Below are positions 17,891 through 28,306 of a DNA stretch of 32,000 nucleotides, one piece after another (position 1 is the stretch's first letter; each line of letters opens with the position of its first letter). The notes below the pieces were generated by a model. It ran no database searches, was not told the origin of the DNA, and worked only from the letters and a program-made list of their open reading frames with translations. Location of the stretch: assembly GCF_902810445.1 (NCBI RefSeq), contig NZ_LR778175.1, positions 647,355 through 679,354 of the forward strand, given 5' to 3'. This DNA is from Candidatus Nitrosacidococcus tergens (GTDB taxonomy: Bacteria > Pseudomonadota > Gammaproteobacteria > Nitrosococcales > Nitrosococcaceae). The position numbers were made by a program, and so were the translations under genes.

Positions 17891-18649
17891 ATGCCATTTT
17901 ATTATCAATCTCAAGGGGAAGGTGCTCCTTTAGTTATCTTACATGGTCTATTTGGTTCTATGGGTAACTGGCGTAGTATAGCATCTAAATTATCAAGTGA
18001 TTTCAAGGTAATTACGCTTGATTTACCTAACCATGGTTATTCTCCTGCACAGGATTTTTTTAACTATCAGACCTTAGCACAAGATATTGCTTATTTTCTA
18101 ATTGAAAATAACTTTAGTCCAGCTATTTTACTTGGTCATTCTTTTGGTGGAAAAATTGCGATGCAATGTGCTTTAGATTTTCCCAATCAGGTAAGTGGTC
18201 TAATTGTAGTAGATATTGCTCCTAGAGCTTATAATCCCTCTCATAATTTTATTTTTGATGCCTTAATCTCATTAGATCTTTCGTACTACGGCAGCCGATC
18301 TGAGATTGATAAAGCTCTTTCTTTAAAGATTCCGGATATGAAAGTACGGCAGTTTTTATTAATGAACTTAGAGAAAACCAAAGAATCTTATTCTTGGCGT
18401 ATTAATCTGGTTAATTTAAGGAATAATTATCAAGCAATTTGTGCACCTATTACAGGAAACTACCCGTATAAAGGTAAAAATTTGTTTATAAAGGGAGAAA
18501 ATTCTAGCTATATTGCTGCAGATGATGAACAAGAAATTTATTGTTGGTTTCCTTATGGAAGTATTTACTCTATCCCTAATACAGACCATTGGGTGCATGC
18601 CGATTCCCCTAAGTTATTTTTAGAGGCTATACTAGCATTTCTAAAATAA
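17891..18649 (+). CDS. Alpha/beta-hydrolase esterase, YbfF-like
   Basis: 252 aa. VILHGLFGS, the nucleophile elbow GHSFGG and a C-terminal DHWVHAD line up with E. coli YbfF as I recall it. Confidence 0.85.
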   Translation: MPFYYQSQGEGAPLVILHGLFGSMGNWRSIASKLSSDFKVITLDLPNHGYSPAQDFFNYQTLAQDIAYFLIENNFSPAILLGHSFGGKIAMQCALDFPNQVSGLIVVDIAPRAYNPSHNFIFDALISLDLSYYGSRSEIDKALSLKIPDMKVRQFLLMNLEKTKESYSWRINLVNLRNNYQAICAPITGNYPYKGKNLFIKGENSSYIAADDEQEIYCWFPYGSIYSIPNTDHWVHADSPKLFLEAILAFLK

Positions 18650-18665
18650 TATCTTGTTTATCAAA

Positions 18666-19613
18666 ATGGCTTTTAAGCAGGAAAAAATAAGAACAGCAGT
18701 AATTGGAGTAGGCTATTTAGGGAAATTTCACGCCCAAAAATATGCTCACTTACCTCATTCAGATTTTATCGCTGTTGTAGATATTGACGATGATTCAGCC
18801 CACCGCACTGCCCAAGAGTATGGTGTGCTCGCTTTTACTGATTATCGTGATTTATTTGGAAAAGTAGATGCAGTTAGTATCGTAGTTCCTACCGAGTATC
18901 ACTATCAAGTGACTAAGGACTGTTTAGAAGCAGGTATCCATATCCTATTAGAAAAACCTATTACTCCTACCCTTGAACAAGCCGATGCTCTCATTCAGAT
19001 AGCAAAAGAAAATAAATTGATTTTTCAAATAGGGCACTTAGAACGATTTAATGCAACCACCCTTGCCCTTAAGGAATTTATTGACAATCCGAGGTTTATT
19101 GAATCTCATAGACTTGCCCTTTTTAATCCTAGAGGAACAGACGTTAGCGTCATATTGGATTTAATGATTCATGATATTGATATTATTTTAAGCATCGTCA
19201 ACGCACCTGTTAAAGAAATTCGTGCTAATGGAGAATCGGTACTTACTCGAGATACAGATATTGCTAACGCTCGGATTTTGTTTAAAAATAACTGTGTTGC
19301 TAATGTAACCGCTAGTCGAATCAGTATGAAAATACAACGTAAAATGAGAATCTTTCAAAAAAATGCTTATATTTCCGTAGACTTTCTTAAAAAGAAGTTA
19401 AGTATTTTCCGTAAAGGTACAAGAGAATCTTTTCCAGGAATACCAGAAATTACAAGTAAGGTACATTATTTTGATCGTAGTGATGCAATTATGTCTGAAA
19501 TTGATTCTTTTTTACAGACCATCATCACACATAGTAACCCAGTAGTAGGTGGACAAGAAGGTAGGGAAGCACTTGCAGTAGCACTTCAAATTAGCCATCT
19601 ACTTAAAAATTAA
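18666..19613 (+). CDS. gnnA: Gfo/Idh/MocA NAD-dependent oxidoreductase, probable UDP-GlcNAc 3-dehydrogenase GnnA
   Basis: Rossmann motif AVIGVGYLGKFH and the EKP motif (LLEKPI). The ORF track starts at a TTG (18654); the ATG at 18666 (MAFKQEK) is more plausible. The gnnA call comes from context: it sits directly upstream of a DegT aminotransferase and lpxB. Confidence 0.7.
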   Translation: MAFKQEKIRTAVIGVGYLGKFHAQKYAHLPHSDFIAVVDIDDDSAHRTAQEYGVLAFTDYRDLFGKVDAVSIVVPTEYHYQVTKDCLEAGIHILLEKPITPTLEQADALIQIAKENKLIFQIGHLERFNATTLALKEFIDNPRFIESHRLALFNPRGTDVSVILDLMIHDIDIILSIVNAPVKEIRANGESVLTRDTDIANARILFKNNCVANVTASRISMKIQRKMRIFQKNAYISVDFLKKKLSIFRKGTRESFPGIPEITSKVHYFDRSDAIMSEIDSFLQTIITHSNPVVGGQEGREALAVALQISHLLKN

Positions 19614-19641
19614 AAATAAAATTAATTTAGAAAAATATTCT

Positions 19642-20745
19642 ATGCTACCCATGGTAGATTTAAAGGCACAGTATCAGGTGCTTAAGGAAGAACTTAATGA
19701 AGCAGTATTACACACTTTAGCTAATGGTCAATTTATCCTTGGTCCTAATGTAGAAGATTTTGAAAAGGAAGCAGCAGCCTATTTAGGTGCACAATATGCT
19801 ATCAGTGTTGCCTCTGGTACGGATGCACTTCATTTAGCACTCATTGCTGCAGGAGTTAAAGCTGGAGATGAAGTGATTACCTCTCCATTTACTTTTATTG
19901 CTACGGCGGAGGCCATTTGCTATGTGGGAGCTCATCCAGTATTTGTAGATATTGATGAAAAAACGTTTAATCTAGATACTAATCAAGTAGAAGCAGCGAT
20001 TACTCCTGTTACTCGAGCTATTTTACCCGTACATTTATTTGGACAGGGGGCAAATATGGTTCATTTGGAAACAATTTCTGCTCAATATGGATTATCTATT
20101 ATAGAGGATTGTGCCCAATCTTTTGGTGCAGAGATTAATGGAAAAAAAACAGGTACGCTAGGATTTGCTGGATGTTTTAGTTTTTTTCCAAGTAAAAATT
20201 TAGGCTGTTACGGAGATGGTGGACTTATTACTACCTCTTCAAAAGAGGTTTCTGATCACCTTAAAGTCCTTAGAAATCATGGAAGCTCAAAGCGCTACCA
20301 TCATATAAAATTAGGATTTAATAGTCGTTTAGATGAATTACAAGCAGTGATTCTACGAGTCAAACTAAAGTACATTGATCAATTTAATAAAGCAAGAAAT
20401 CAAATCGCGCAACAATATACTGAAACACTTACTAATCTACCCTATTGTATCCCTCCTTATAAGGAAACAGGAAATACTCATGTCTATCACCAATATACCT
20501 TACTCTCTCCCTATCGAGATGAAATAATGAAAGCACTAACGGTGCAGCATATTACCTCTGCTATTTACTATCCTATTCCATTACACCAACAAGTTGTTTT
20601 TCAACAAATATATCAAGATGTACACTTCCCAGTCAGCGAGAAAGTTGCAAAACAATGCTTATCTTTACCTATTTTCCCAGAAATGAGTGAGTCTCAGATA
20701 GAGCAAGTACTTAACGTTGTTCAAGGTGTGCTATTTGGAAAATGA
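19642..20745 (+). CDS. gnnB: DegT/DnrJ/EryC1 PLP aminotransferase, probable UDP-3-keto-GlcNAc transaminase GnnB
   Basis: 367 aa. It has family motifs including SGTDALHLAL and the PLP-lysine context FSFFPSKNLG. It lies between the oxidoreductase and lpxB. Confidence 0.72.
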   Translation: MLPMVDLKAQYQVLKEELNEAVLHTLANGQFILGPNVEDFEKEAAAYLGAQYAISVASGTDALHLALIAAGVKAGDEVITSPFTFIATAEAICYVGAHPVFVDIDEKTFNLDTNQVEAAITPVTRAILPVHLFGQGANMVHLETISAQYGLSIIEDCAQSFGAEINGKKTGTLGFAGCFSFFPSKNLGCYGDGGLITTSSKEVSDHLKVLRNHGSSKRYHHIKLGFNSRLDELQAVILRVKLKYIDQFNKARNQIAQQYTETLTNLPYCIPPYKETGNTHVYHQYTLLSPYRDEIMKALTVQHITSAIYYPIPLHQQVVFQQIYQDVHFPVSEKVAKQCLSLPIFPEMSESQIEQVLNVVQGVLFGK

Positions 20746-21889
20746 TCAGCACCCACAGCTAGTCGCTATTGTTGCGGGAGAGGCTTCTGGAGATCATCAC
20801 GGTGCTGATTTAGTTTCTAAAATACTAGCAACTTCATCTAAGTCGATTCGTTTTTGTGGTATTGGCGGATCTCATATGAAAGCCGCTGGGGTAGAAATAT
20901 TACATAACTCAGCTCATCTAGCAGTGATAGGGCTAGTAGAGATTCTTTCTCACTTTAGAAAAGTTTATAAAGTATTACGAAAGATGCGGCAATTTCTTAA
21001 AGAAAGTCGCCCTGATTTGTTAATTCTAATAGATTATCCAGAGTTTAACTTACGGCTTGCTAAAACTGCAAAACAGCTCGGAATAAAAGTTCTGTATTAT
21101 ATCAGCCCTCAGATATGGGCATGGCGAGAGTACCGAGTTCATCAAATTAAAAAATTGGTGGATATGATGGCAGTTATTTTCCCTTTTGAGGTACCATTTT
21201 ATGATCGAGCAGGAGTACCAGTATGTTTTGTGGGGCACCCTTTAAAAAACAAGGTAAAGAGTAATTTAACTCGCAATAAAGCACTCACTAAATTTGGATT
21301 GGAGTCTCACCATCTAACCTTAGGGTTATTTCCTGGGAGCAGAAAAAGTGAAATAAAGCGAATCTTACCTATATTAATTCAAGCCGCAGAGAAAATTTCT
21401 TTAAAAATACCTAATACTCAATACTTGTTGCCCTTGGCATCAACACTAACTGAAACTGAATTAGCTCCTTATTTAGCAAAAAGTACAGTGCCTATTAAAG
21501 TAATTTCTCATTGTCCTTATGATGTAATGGTAGCTTGCGATAGTATTATTGCAGCTTCGGGAACAGTTACTTTGGAAATTGCTTTAATTGGTGCTCCTAT
21601 GATTGTAGTTTATAAAGTAAAAGCTTTTACCTATTGGATAGGGCGTTTACTAATTAAAGTAAAGTATATTGCTCTTTGTAATATTATTGCAGAGGAACTG
21701 GTAGTTCCTGAGCTTATTCAAGCAGAGGCCTCACCAGAACATATAGCTGAAGAAACTCTAAACTTACTACAGAATGAAAATAAGGTCAAAGCTATGAAAG
21801 AAAAATTTGAATTTGTTAAAGCTAGATTAGAGATACCATCACAGATAAATATAAGTAATCTTGCTTTAGAGATGCTAAATACCGTTTAG
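20717..21889 (+). CDS. lpxB: Lipid-A-disaccharide synthase LpxB
   Basis: VAIVAGEASGDHHGA, DYPEFNLRLAK, YYISPQIWAWRE and FPFEVPFYD match E. coli LpxB blocks. There is no in-frame ATG near the 5' end. Candidate starts are TTG 20717, GTG 20726 and TTG 20735; 20735 gives an E. coli-like N-terminal length. The gene overlaps the gnnB stop (20743-20745). Confidence 0.9.
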   Translation: MFKVCYLENDQHPQLVAIVAGEASGDHHGADLVSKILATSSKSIRFCGIGGSHMKAAGVEILHNSAHLAVIGLVEILSHFRKVYKVLRKMRQFLKESRPDLLILIDYPEFNLRLAKTAKQLGIKVLYYISPQIWAWREYRVHQIKKLVDMMAVIFPFEVPFYDRAGVPVCFVGHPLKNKVKSNLTRNKALTKFGLESHHLTLGLFPGSRKSEIKRILPILIQAAEKISLKIPNTQYLLPLASTLTETELAPYLAKSTVPIKVISHCPYDVMVACDSIIAASGTVTLEIALIGAPMIVVYKVKAFTYWIGRLLIKVKYIALCNIIAEELVVPELIQAEASPEHIAEETLNLLQNENKVKAMKEKFEFVKARLEIPSQINISNLALEMLNTV

Positions 21890-21895
21890 ATTTAA

Positions 21896-22699
21896 TTATT
21901 TTTGATCCTCCTTTTCTATAGCAAAGCGATGAAACCCTCGTTTTGATTTCACTAAAAGCCAATCTCTAAGATAAGTAATTTCTGGTGTATTCTCTAAATT
22001 GCTTAAATCTCTATTACCATTTCGTAGCTGCCAAAAAGCTTGCTCTAGTATTTGATAGCGGTGACCCTGAATACCGCCACGACGCAGCCCTACTACATTT
22101 AATCGGTAATGAGACACTGGATGACCACCTACAATAGTATAAGGAAAAACATCTTGACCTACAGAGCCGTTTCCCTGTACCATCACATAAGCACCTATCC
22201 TTGCATGTTGGTGTATGACTGAAGATCCCCCTAATACTGCCCGATCACCTATTTCTACATGACCACCTAGTAAAGCATTATTAGTCAGAATAACATGATT
22301 ACCAATAGAGCAATCATGGGCAATATGGCTATATGCCATGAAATAGCCATCGTTTCCTATTTTGGTAGGGCAATTTGGATGAGTTGATCGATGAATCGTC
22401 ACTCCTTCTCGTAAAATATTACGATCCCCAATAGAGACCCATGTTTCTATATTTTTATCAAAAGAAAGATCCTGAGGAAGATCGCCAATAACGACATAAC
22501 TATGAATTTTATTTTGAGCACCTAACTGTACATAGGGATGAATAACTATATGAGAGCCGATACTCGTTCCATCTCCTATTGTCACTGGAGCATGGATAAC
22601 TGTATAGGGACCTACTGTAACATTTTGTCCTAATGTAGCATTTGGATCAATGATTGCTGTAGGGTGAATACTCATGGTAGAGAAATTAGCTTGTAGCAT
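21896..22699 (-). CDS. lpxA: UDP-sugar acyltransferase LpxA (left-handed beta-helix)
   Basis: IHPTAIIDP, hexapeptide repeats, IGDRNILREGVTIHRST, SHIAHDC and GLRRGG align with E. coli LpxA. The start is either 22699 or the second Met at 22675 (MSIHPTA). Confidence 0.85.
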   Translation of the reverse strand: MLQANFSTMSIHPTAIIDPNATLGQNVTVGPYTVIHAPVTIGDGTSIGSHIVIHPYVQLGAQNKIHSYVVIGDLPQDLSFDKNIETWVSIGDRNILREGVTIHRSTHPNCPTKIGNDGYFMAYSHIAHDCSIGNHVILTNNALLGGHVEIGDRAVLGGSSVIHQHARIGAYVMVQGNGSVGQDVFPYTIVGGHPVSHYRLNVVGLRRGGIQGHRYQILEQAFWQLRNGNRDLSNLENTPEITYLRDWLLVKSKRGFHRFAIEKEDQK

Positions 22700-22725
22700 G
22701 TTTAAACAAGTAAAACATTACTACA

Positions 22726-23514
22726 CTACCAAACGTTTCTTAGCTCTCTTAGTTTTAAGAAAATTGTTTCAGGGTTAACATCAGCTAAATCAGAAAAAAT
22801 TTTTTGCAGATTATTAACAATAGATAAACTATGCAAACGAAAAAAAGTATTAATTTCTTTCTCTAGCCCTAGGGTAGATACAAAAGGATTATTAGGATCT
22901 TGATTCTGTATTTTTCGCAATAAGGATTCCGCTTTTTGGTTATCTGCTTCGTAATGGAGAGTAAAGTTTAAATTATTCACAATATATTCATGACCTGGAT
23001 AGATCAGAGTACTATCGGGAAGTTTAGTAAGTTGATTAATAAACGTATGATAAAGTACGCTTGGATTTCCTCCATTGTGACAATTGCCTGCACCTGCATT
23101 AAACAATGTATCACCGCAAAAAAGAGCAGGGGTATCAGTATGAGCATATAAACAAATATGACTTAGAGTATGTCCAGGTGTATCTAATACTTCTAACTCA
23201 ACAGTTTTACCAACAGTAACTATATCCCCAGCATTTAATCCCCAATTAATACCTTGAATTTTATTTTTTGCATTACTATGAGCAAGCAATTTAGCGTTAG
23301 TTTGAGTGATCAGTTTTTGATTACCCCCTATATGATCTCCATGCTCATGGGTATTTAATATTTGGGTAATTTGCCATCCATGATTTTTAGCTATTGCTAA
23401 ACATTTAGTGTAGTCAAGAGGGTCAATTGCAAGAGCTTCACCCGTTTCTGGGCAGGCAATAAGATAATTAAAATTGCGATAAGCATTCCCTGTCCAAATC
23501 TGTTCAATAATCAT
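22726..23514 (-). CDS. Metallo-beta-lactamase-fold hydrolase, hydroxyacylglutathione hydrolase (GloB)-like
   Basis: 262 aa. THEHGDHIGGN metal-binding motif, TPGHT and CGDTLF. Length and C-terminal helical region are typical of glyoxalase II. Confidence 0.8.
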   Translation of the reverse strand: MIIEQIWTGNAYRNFNYLIACPETGEALAIDPLDYTKCLAIAKNHGWQITQILNTHEHGDHIGGNQKLITQTNAKLLAHSNAKNKIQGINWGLNAGDIVTVGKTVELEVLDTPGHTLSHICLYAHTDTPALFCGDTLFNAGAGNCHNGGNPSVLYHTFINQLTKLPDSTLIYPGHEYIVNNLNFTLHYEADNQKAESLLRKIQNQDPNNPFVSTLGLEKEINTFFRLHSLSIVNNLQKIFSDLADVNPETIFLKLRELRNVW

Positions 23515-23537
23515 GGGCTACTCTTAAAGCAGTTTAG

Positions 23538-24686
23538 TTATACTGGAGATTTAGTTTTTTTAGCAATAATTAAATCAAGCTCTTGTTTTAGCCGAGGAAG
23601 AATCTCAGTGTATCGAAAACTTCCTAAAGTTTCTGTTCCTTTCTTAAGATTTACTGCTTTAGGACCACACCAAAGTCCGAGATCTGCATCATCTGTTTCT
23701 CCGGGACCATTGACTCGACACCCCATTACAGCGATGGTTACTGCATAGTCTGCAGCGTATTCTGTCATTGCTTTTACTTCTTGAGCTAGCTCAATAAACG
23801 CTTCATTTTCCACTCGAGAACAGCTTGGGCAGCTAATAATATTTAAGCTCTTAAGCCCATAGTCCACTACACTACGCACTCGACCTGCAGCAATATCAGC
23901 AATAATTTTTCGCCCTGCTTCTATCTCTTCACCTTTACGATCGAAAGGTAGGGTAAGGGATACTCGTACAGTGTCTCCAATACCTCGACTAATAAGCTGT
24001 TCGAAAGCAATTCTAGTTTTGATAATTCCATCCGGTGGCATACCCGCCTCTGTTACTCCTAAATGAAGAGGAATATCTGGACGTTCATCGGCAAAACGTT
24101 TATTTAGCTCAATAACTTTACTGGGATCAGAATCCTTCAAAGAAACACAATATCGAGTAAACCCTAGACCATCGAGGAACGTACAGTGATCAAAAGCACT
24201 GGCAAGCATAGGGGAGATTGAATCTCCTTCAGGAAATTCTGCAGCTTTATTTGGATCTACCGATCCACCATTCACTCCAATTCGAATAGCACAGTTATTT
24301 TCTCCAGCCACATCTACAAGGAATTTTACTTTATCCTGCCAAGGTTTATTTTTTTCATGGTGGTATAAGTGCCCAGGATTATAGCGGATTTTATCTACAT
24401 GAGGTGCCACATCTTTAGCAAGACGGTAATTTTCTTGCAAATCAACGGATAAATTGGCTTCTGTTTGAGAGCGAATTTCTGCAAGTGCTTCTACATCTTT
24501 TTTTGTATCTGCGGCAATACGAATGATATCTGCTCCTGCTGCAACTAAATTACTTACTTGCTTAGTAGTTGCTTCTATATTTTGTGTATGAGTAGCACAC
24601 ATGCTCTGTACCGCAATTGGATTTCCATCACCAATGGTGATACTACCAATAACGACAGCTCGAGTAGGGTTACGTGGCAATTTCAA
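23538..24686 (-). CDS. ispG: HMBPP synthase IspG (GcpE), MEP pathway
   Basis: 382 aa. The conserved blocks IRIAADT, SCPSCSR and GCRVNGPGE carry the Fe-S cluster cysteines. Confidence 0.93.
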   Translation of the reverse strand: MKLPRNPTRAVVIGSITIGDGNPIAVQSMCATHTQNIEATTKQVSNLVAAGADIIRIAADTKKDVEALAEIRSQTEANLSVDLQENYRLAKDVAPHVDKIRYNPGHLYHHEKNKPWQDKVKFLVDVAGENNCAIRIGVNGGSVDPNKAAEFPEGDSISPMLASAFDHCTFLDGLGFTRYCVSLKDSDPSKVIELNKRFADERPDIPLHLGVTEAGMPPDGIIKTRIAFEQLISRGIGDTVRVSLTLPFDRKGEEIEAGRKIIADIAAGRVRSVVDYGLKSLNIISCPSCSRVENEAFIELAQEVKAMTEYAADYAVTIAVMGCRVNGPGETDDADLGLWCGPKAVNLKKGTETLGSFRYTEILPRLKQELDLIIAKKTKSPV

Positions 24687-24822
24687 GATTTACTCTCCTT
24701 TAAACTTAAACATCTTAGAAAAGATTTTTTATGAATTATTAAATAATAGTGTGTTACTAATATAGCTATCAAAATTGTTCAAGAGAGCCTATGAAAAATT
24801 CGTCTATATTTCCCTATTCCCC

Positions 24823-27531
24823 TTATTGTAAAGAAGTAGATTTCTCTGAATTTGAAGTAAGTAATGCAGGAAGCAAAATCAATGTACACAATAGAGTAAA
24901 TACAATGCCAATAGTAAGAATTAATCCCATACTAGCCATTCCTGGATGAGAAACTAGCAGTAAATTACCAAGGCTAAACATAGTAGTTAGGGTAGTAAAT
25001 ACTAAAGCACGGCTTGTACTAGTACGAAGTAGATCATTTCGATCACCAGGGGCTTGTCGTACTCTCTCTACCATATAAATACCGCTATCTACACCCACGC
25101 CAAGTAGCAAAGGCAAAGCAACTACATTAGCAAAATTAAAATAAATATGAAATGTAGCCATAGCAGTGCTTAATAATAAACCCGCAAGTGCAAGAGGTAC
25201 TAAGACTAATAAGACATCTTTAATACTACGTAGCAAAAGAAATAATACAACTATAATTGCAAAAAGTGCATAAGAGAAAGCATGTTGTAAAGCATCAACA
25301 ATTGCTTCCCCAGATCTAAGTTGAAGCACTAAGGGGCCCGTTGCACTAGGAGATATTTCATGAATTTTATTTACAAATCCACGTAAAGACTGAAGATCAT
25401 CAACATTAAAATCTTTTGTAGGAAAAATTTCTACTCGATGAGTACCATCTGCTGTGATCCAACGATCTATGAGATCAGAGGGTAAAGTATCCATCGTAAC
25501 TGCTTCGGCCTTTAGAGAGTTTTGTAGCTGGCTTAAGTTCTCAGGTAATGTACCTAGTAAATTGTGCTCTAGGCGGAGTAATGTTTGTTTCTGAGTAGCT
25601 TGATCTTCCTGTTCAATAGTAGAAACCAGATATTGGATATCCTCTTCAAGACGTTGAATTGCCAAAAAATCCTTAGGGGAAGGATCTTTGAAATAAGAAT
25701 CTAAAGTATGAAGAAATATATCTAAAGTAGACAGAACTTGCCTAGAATCTGGATCAGCACTTGGTTTTATTGATGCATCTAATAAAAGTGGACCTACAAG
25801 TAAACTTAAATCATCAATAATCTCTAGCTTTTCTTCTTGATTATCAGGTACAAAATCTTCAGCAGTGATTACTTTGTCTACTGAATCTATTCTTTTAGCT
25901 CTCTGGGAAATTTTTTGGGCTTCTTCAGCATTAGAAGCAAGCACAATTGCGCTCCACATAGGAATAGTTTCAGTTTTCATCAGCTGTCTTATAGTAGAAA
26001 CTGATTCTGAATTAGGATTGCGCAAATTAAGCGGATCATAATCAAATCTTACTTGAAGTAGAAAGGGTAGGGTTGCTAACCCTAATATTAACCCTCCTAA
26101 GAGAATTTGTTTCCTATACTGTAATGGCCAGCTATATATAAAATCAAATTTACCTTGAGTCTTTGATTCGTAGATATTTGGGATATTTTTAACAGGCAAA
26201 TAACGTAGTATGGCGGGTAGAAGGAGTAAAGTAAGGCTTAAGTTAATAACCATTCCTGTGCCTGCGATTAAGCCTAATTCAGAGACACCAGAGAATTTAG
26301 TAGGGATAAATGAATAAAAACCAATCATGGTAGTAATAGCGCATAATATAAGAGCAATTCCAGTTTCAGATGCTGTTACTTTCAATGCCCTTAGCCTATT
26401 TGCCCCCTGATTTACAAGCTGCTGATAGCGCATACAAAATTGAATATCGTATTCAGTACTTAATCCAATATAAAGTACACCAAACGCAGTTGAAATAATA
26501 TTGAGATGCCCGATATAAAATGCAGCAAACCCTGCAGTTAGGATGAGACCAACTACTAACCCTAATAAGATAGTAAGTGCAAAAGCACCTGATCGAAGCC
26601 CTATATATAATAAGGTCCCTGTCATGATTAGTGCTAAAATCCCAGCAAGTGTGTTTCCTGTCAGAGCACTTTCTAATTCTTCATGGGCAAGGCCTACATC
26701 ACCGGTAAGTCGTATTCTCACTCCGTGTTCAGGATCTAGATGAAGAGATTTAGCAACGTCTCGAATTACATCAATGGCATCCTTTGCAGGCAGCATTTGA
26801 TTATAATCCATCTGAGGCTGCACAATAATAAACTGGCGTTCTCCGCTTTTTGATAAGGAAGATCCACGATTCATAAGGTCTTGCCAAGAAAGCAAATGAT
26901 CCTGCCCTTTTAAGGTGCTTTCTATAGTTTCATTAATAGAGGAGAAAATCGATTCTAAATCAAGGGTGGTTTCTTTTTTCTGCTTAGCAGAAATAATATC
27001 ATCAAGCATCCCAAAGAAATTATTTAATGTGAGATCCTGAGTCAGTTTACCTAGAAACGGTTGTGCCTCTGCTAGATTATCTGCTACGGTATCTAGATCT
27101 TTGAGATCTAGATAAATTAATCCATTACGTTTGAAGAAATCATTTGATTCAGGTGCATAAATACTTTTAACTAGAGAATTTTTCTCAAGTGCATTAGTAA
27201 GCTGTTTAGTCGCATCCCAAGTATGTTCTGGAATATCCCCTTCAACAAGGATGAGTAAAGTATCTTGATATTGAGGAAATAACTTATCGTAATTTTTGCT
27301 TGCTATGCGAAAAGGGAGATCTGGAGCCAGGATATTTCCTGTATCCATATCTACACCTAAATGCCCTGATACATAAAAAAGCACCCACCCTGTGAATAGG
27401 AGGGTAGATATGATAATCCAAAGGGAAAAACGATAAACTACACTAATGCACCGGGTGATAAAATTAGTAACAAAATGGCTAGCAGCCTTAGCGAAAGAAT
27501 TTTCCTTCTCTCTTAGCAAATGATCAGACAT
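24823..27531 (-). CDS. hpnN: RND/MMPL-type hopanoid transporter HpnN-like
   Basis: 902 aa. It has two 6-TM bundles, each preceded by a large periplasmic domain (RND topology). It sits next to an hpnM-like gene and hpnH. The specific HpnN call is by context. Confidence 0.78.
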   Translation of the reverse strand: MSDHLLREKENSFAKAASHFVTNFITRCISVVYRFSLWIIISTLLFTGWVLFYVSGHLGVDMDTGNILAPDLPFRIASKNYDKLFPQYQDTLLILVEGDIPEHTWDATKQLTNALEKNSLVKSIYAPESNDFFKRNGLIYLDLKDLDTVADNLAEAQPFLGKLTQDLTLNNFFGMLDDIISAKQKKETTLDLESIFSSINETIESTLKGQDHLLSWQDLMNRGSSLSKSGERQFIIVQPQMDYNQMLPAKDAIDVIRDVAKSLHLDPEHGVRIRLTGDVGLAHEELESALTGNTLAGILALIMTGTLLYIGLRSGAFALTILLGLVVGLILTAGFAAFYIGHLNIISTAFGVLYIGLSTEYDIQFCMRYQQLVNQGANRLRALKVTASETGIALILCAITTMIGFYSFIPTKFSGVSELGLIAGTGMVINLSLTLLLLPAILRYLPVKNIPNIYESKTQGKFDFIYSWPLQYRKQILLGGLILGLATLPFLLQVRFDYDPLNLRNPNSESVSTIRQLMKTETIPMWSAIVLASNAEEAQKISQRAKRIDSVDKVITAEDFVPDNQEEKLEIIDDLSLLVGPLLLDASIKPSADPDSRQVLSTLDIFLHTLDSYFKDPSPKDFLAIQRLEEDIQYLVSTIEQEDQATQKQTLLRLEHNLLGTLPENLSQLQNSLKAEAVTMDTLPSDLIDRWITADGTHRVEIFPTKDFNVDDLQSLRGFVNKIHEISPSATGPLVLQLRSGEAIVDALQHAFSYALFAIIVVLFLLLRSIKDVLLVLVPLALAGLLLSTAMATFHIYFNFANVVALPLLLGVGVDSGIYMVERVRQAPGDRNDLLRTSTSRALVFTTLTTMFSLGNLLLVSHPGMASMGLILTIGIVFTLLCTLILLPALLTSNSEKSTSLQ

Positions 27532-27559
27532 AATAGAGGATAGCTTTTATATTAAAACT

Positions 27560-28195
27560 CTACTTACCTTCCTTAGCAATTGCAGCTTCTCGATACTGTT
27601 TACTTTTCTCTTTAACCTGATCAAGTAACGCATCATAGCCTTGTGTTTTAATGACTTGACGATATTCAGTTCTCCTAACTGCTAAATCACTTACCCCATC
27701 GGCAATTACATTGACGATACGCCAGTTACCATCTATATTTCTCAGAAGATAGTCAAATGTAACATTGGTATCATCATGGTTAGTTAGCTTACTTCTAACT
27801 CGTATTCCTCCATTTTTAAGGGGATACTCACCTTCAATATTAAATTCTTCATTACTATAACCATCAAAGTGACGTGCGTAATCGGAAACAGATAAAATTT
27901 GAAATGCATCAACAAATTGGATGCTCTGCTCATCTGTAAGAGACTTCCAAGAGGATCCAAGGGTGTAGCGAGCAATAAATGGAATATCTAAAGTTTCTGT
28001 TACTACAGGTAAGAGTTGTTTATAGCGACCATCAAAACCTAGTTTCTTAGCATTTTTCATCACAGATAAAAGCTCTACTTGTAATTTGTCAATAACTGAA
28101 GAAGGCGTATCTGCAAAGGTTGAGGGAGCTATTAACAAAAATACAATACCTATAAATAGTGATATAACCCTCATTCCTGCTAACTTTCGATTCAT
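27560..28195 (-). CDS. MlaC/Ttg2D-family periplasmic lipid-binding protein (HpnM-like)
   Basis: 211 aa with a signal peptide (LLIAPSTFA|D). The IARYTLGSSWKSL block is typical of toluene-tolerance Ttg2D/MlaC proteins. It lies between hpnH and hpnN, as in hopanoid clusters. Confidence 0.7.
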   Translation of the reverse strand: MNRKLAGMRVISLFIGIVFLLIAPSTFADTPSSVIDKLQVELLSVMKNAKKLGFDGRYKQLLPVVTETLDIPFIARYTLGSSWKSLTDEQSIQFVDAFQILSVSDYARHFDGYSNEEFNIEGEYPLKNGGIRVRSKLTNHDDTNVTFDYLLRNIDGNWRIVNVIADGVSDLAVRRTEYRQVIKTQGYDALLDQVKEKSKQYREAAIAKEGK

Positions 28196-28306
28196 AGTGC
28201 TGTTTTTAATTCCGTATAATATAATTACAGTTATTAATGATGATAGCTAAAACCTACAGAGCTTTTGCTTGTTGTAATAGTTAGATATCTCTTAATTAAA
28301 TGAGAT

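Noticed and set aside
18654-18665. TTG start for the oxidoreductase as given by the ORF track (MFIKMAFK...)
   Set aside because: An ATG four codons downstream (18666) gives MAFKQEKIRTAVIGVGYLG, with the usual short lead into the Rossmann motif. The TTG is only 5 nt from the upstream stop. It is retained only as an alternative.
266-27975. Short ORFs antisense to or overlapping long genes (266..466, 6434..6802, 6780..6998, 12927..13277, 13406..13621, 13767..13985, 14228..14443, 16400..16636, 18416..18598, 21050..21238, 26543..26743, 27784..27975)
   Set aside because: All lie inside, or bridge, well-supported CDSs with recognisable family motifs. They have low-complexity or hydrophobic mirror-frame composition and no start context. 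I treat them as shadow ORFs.
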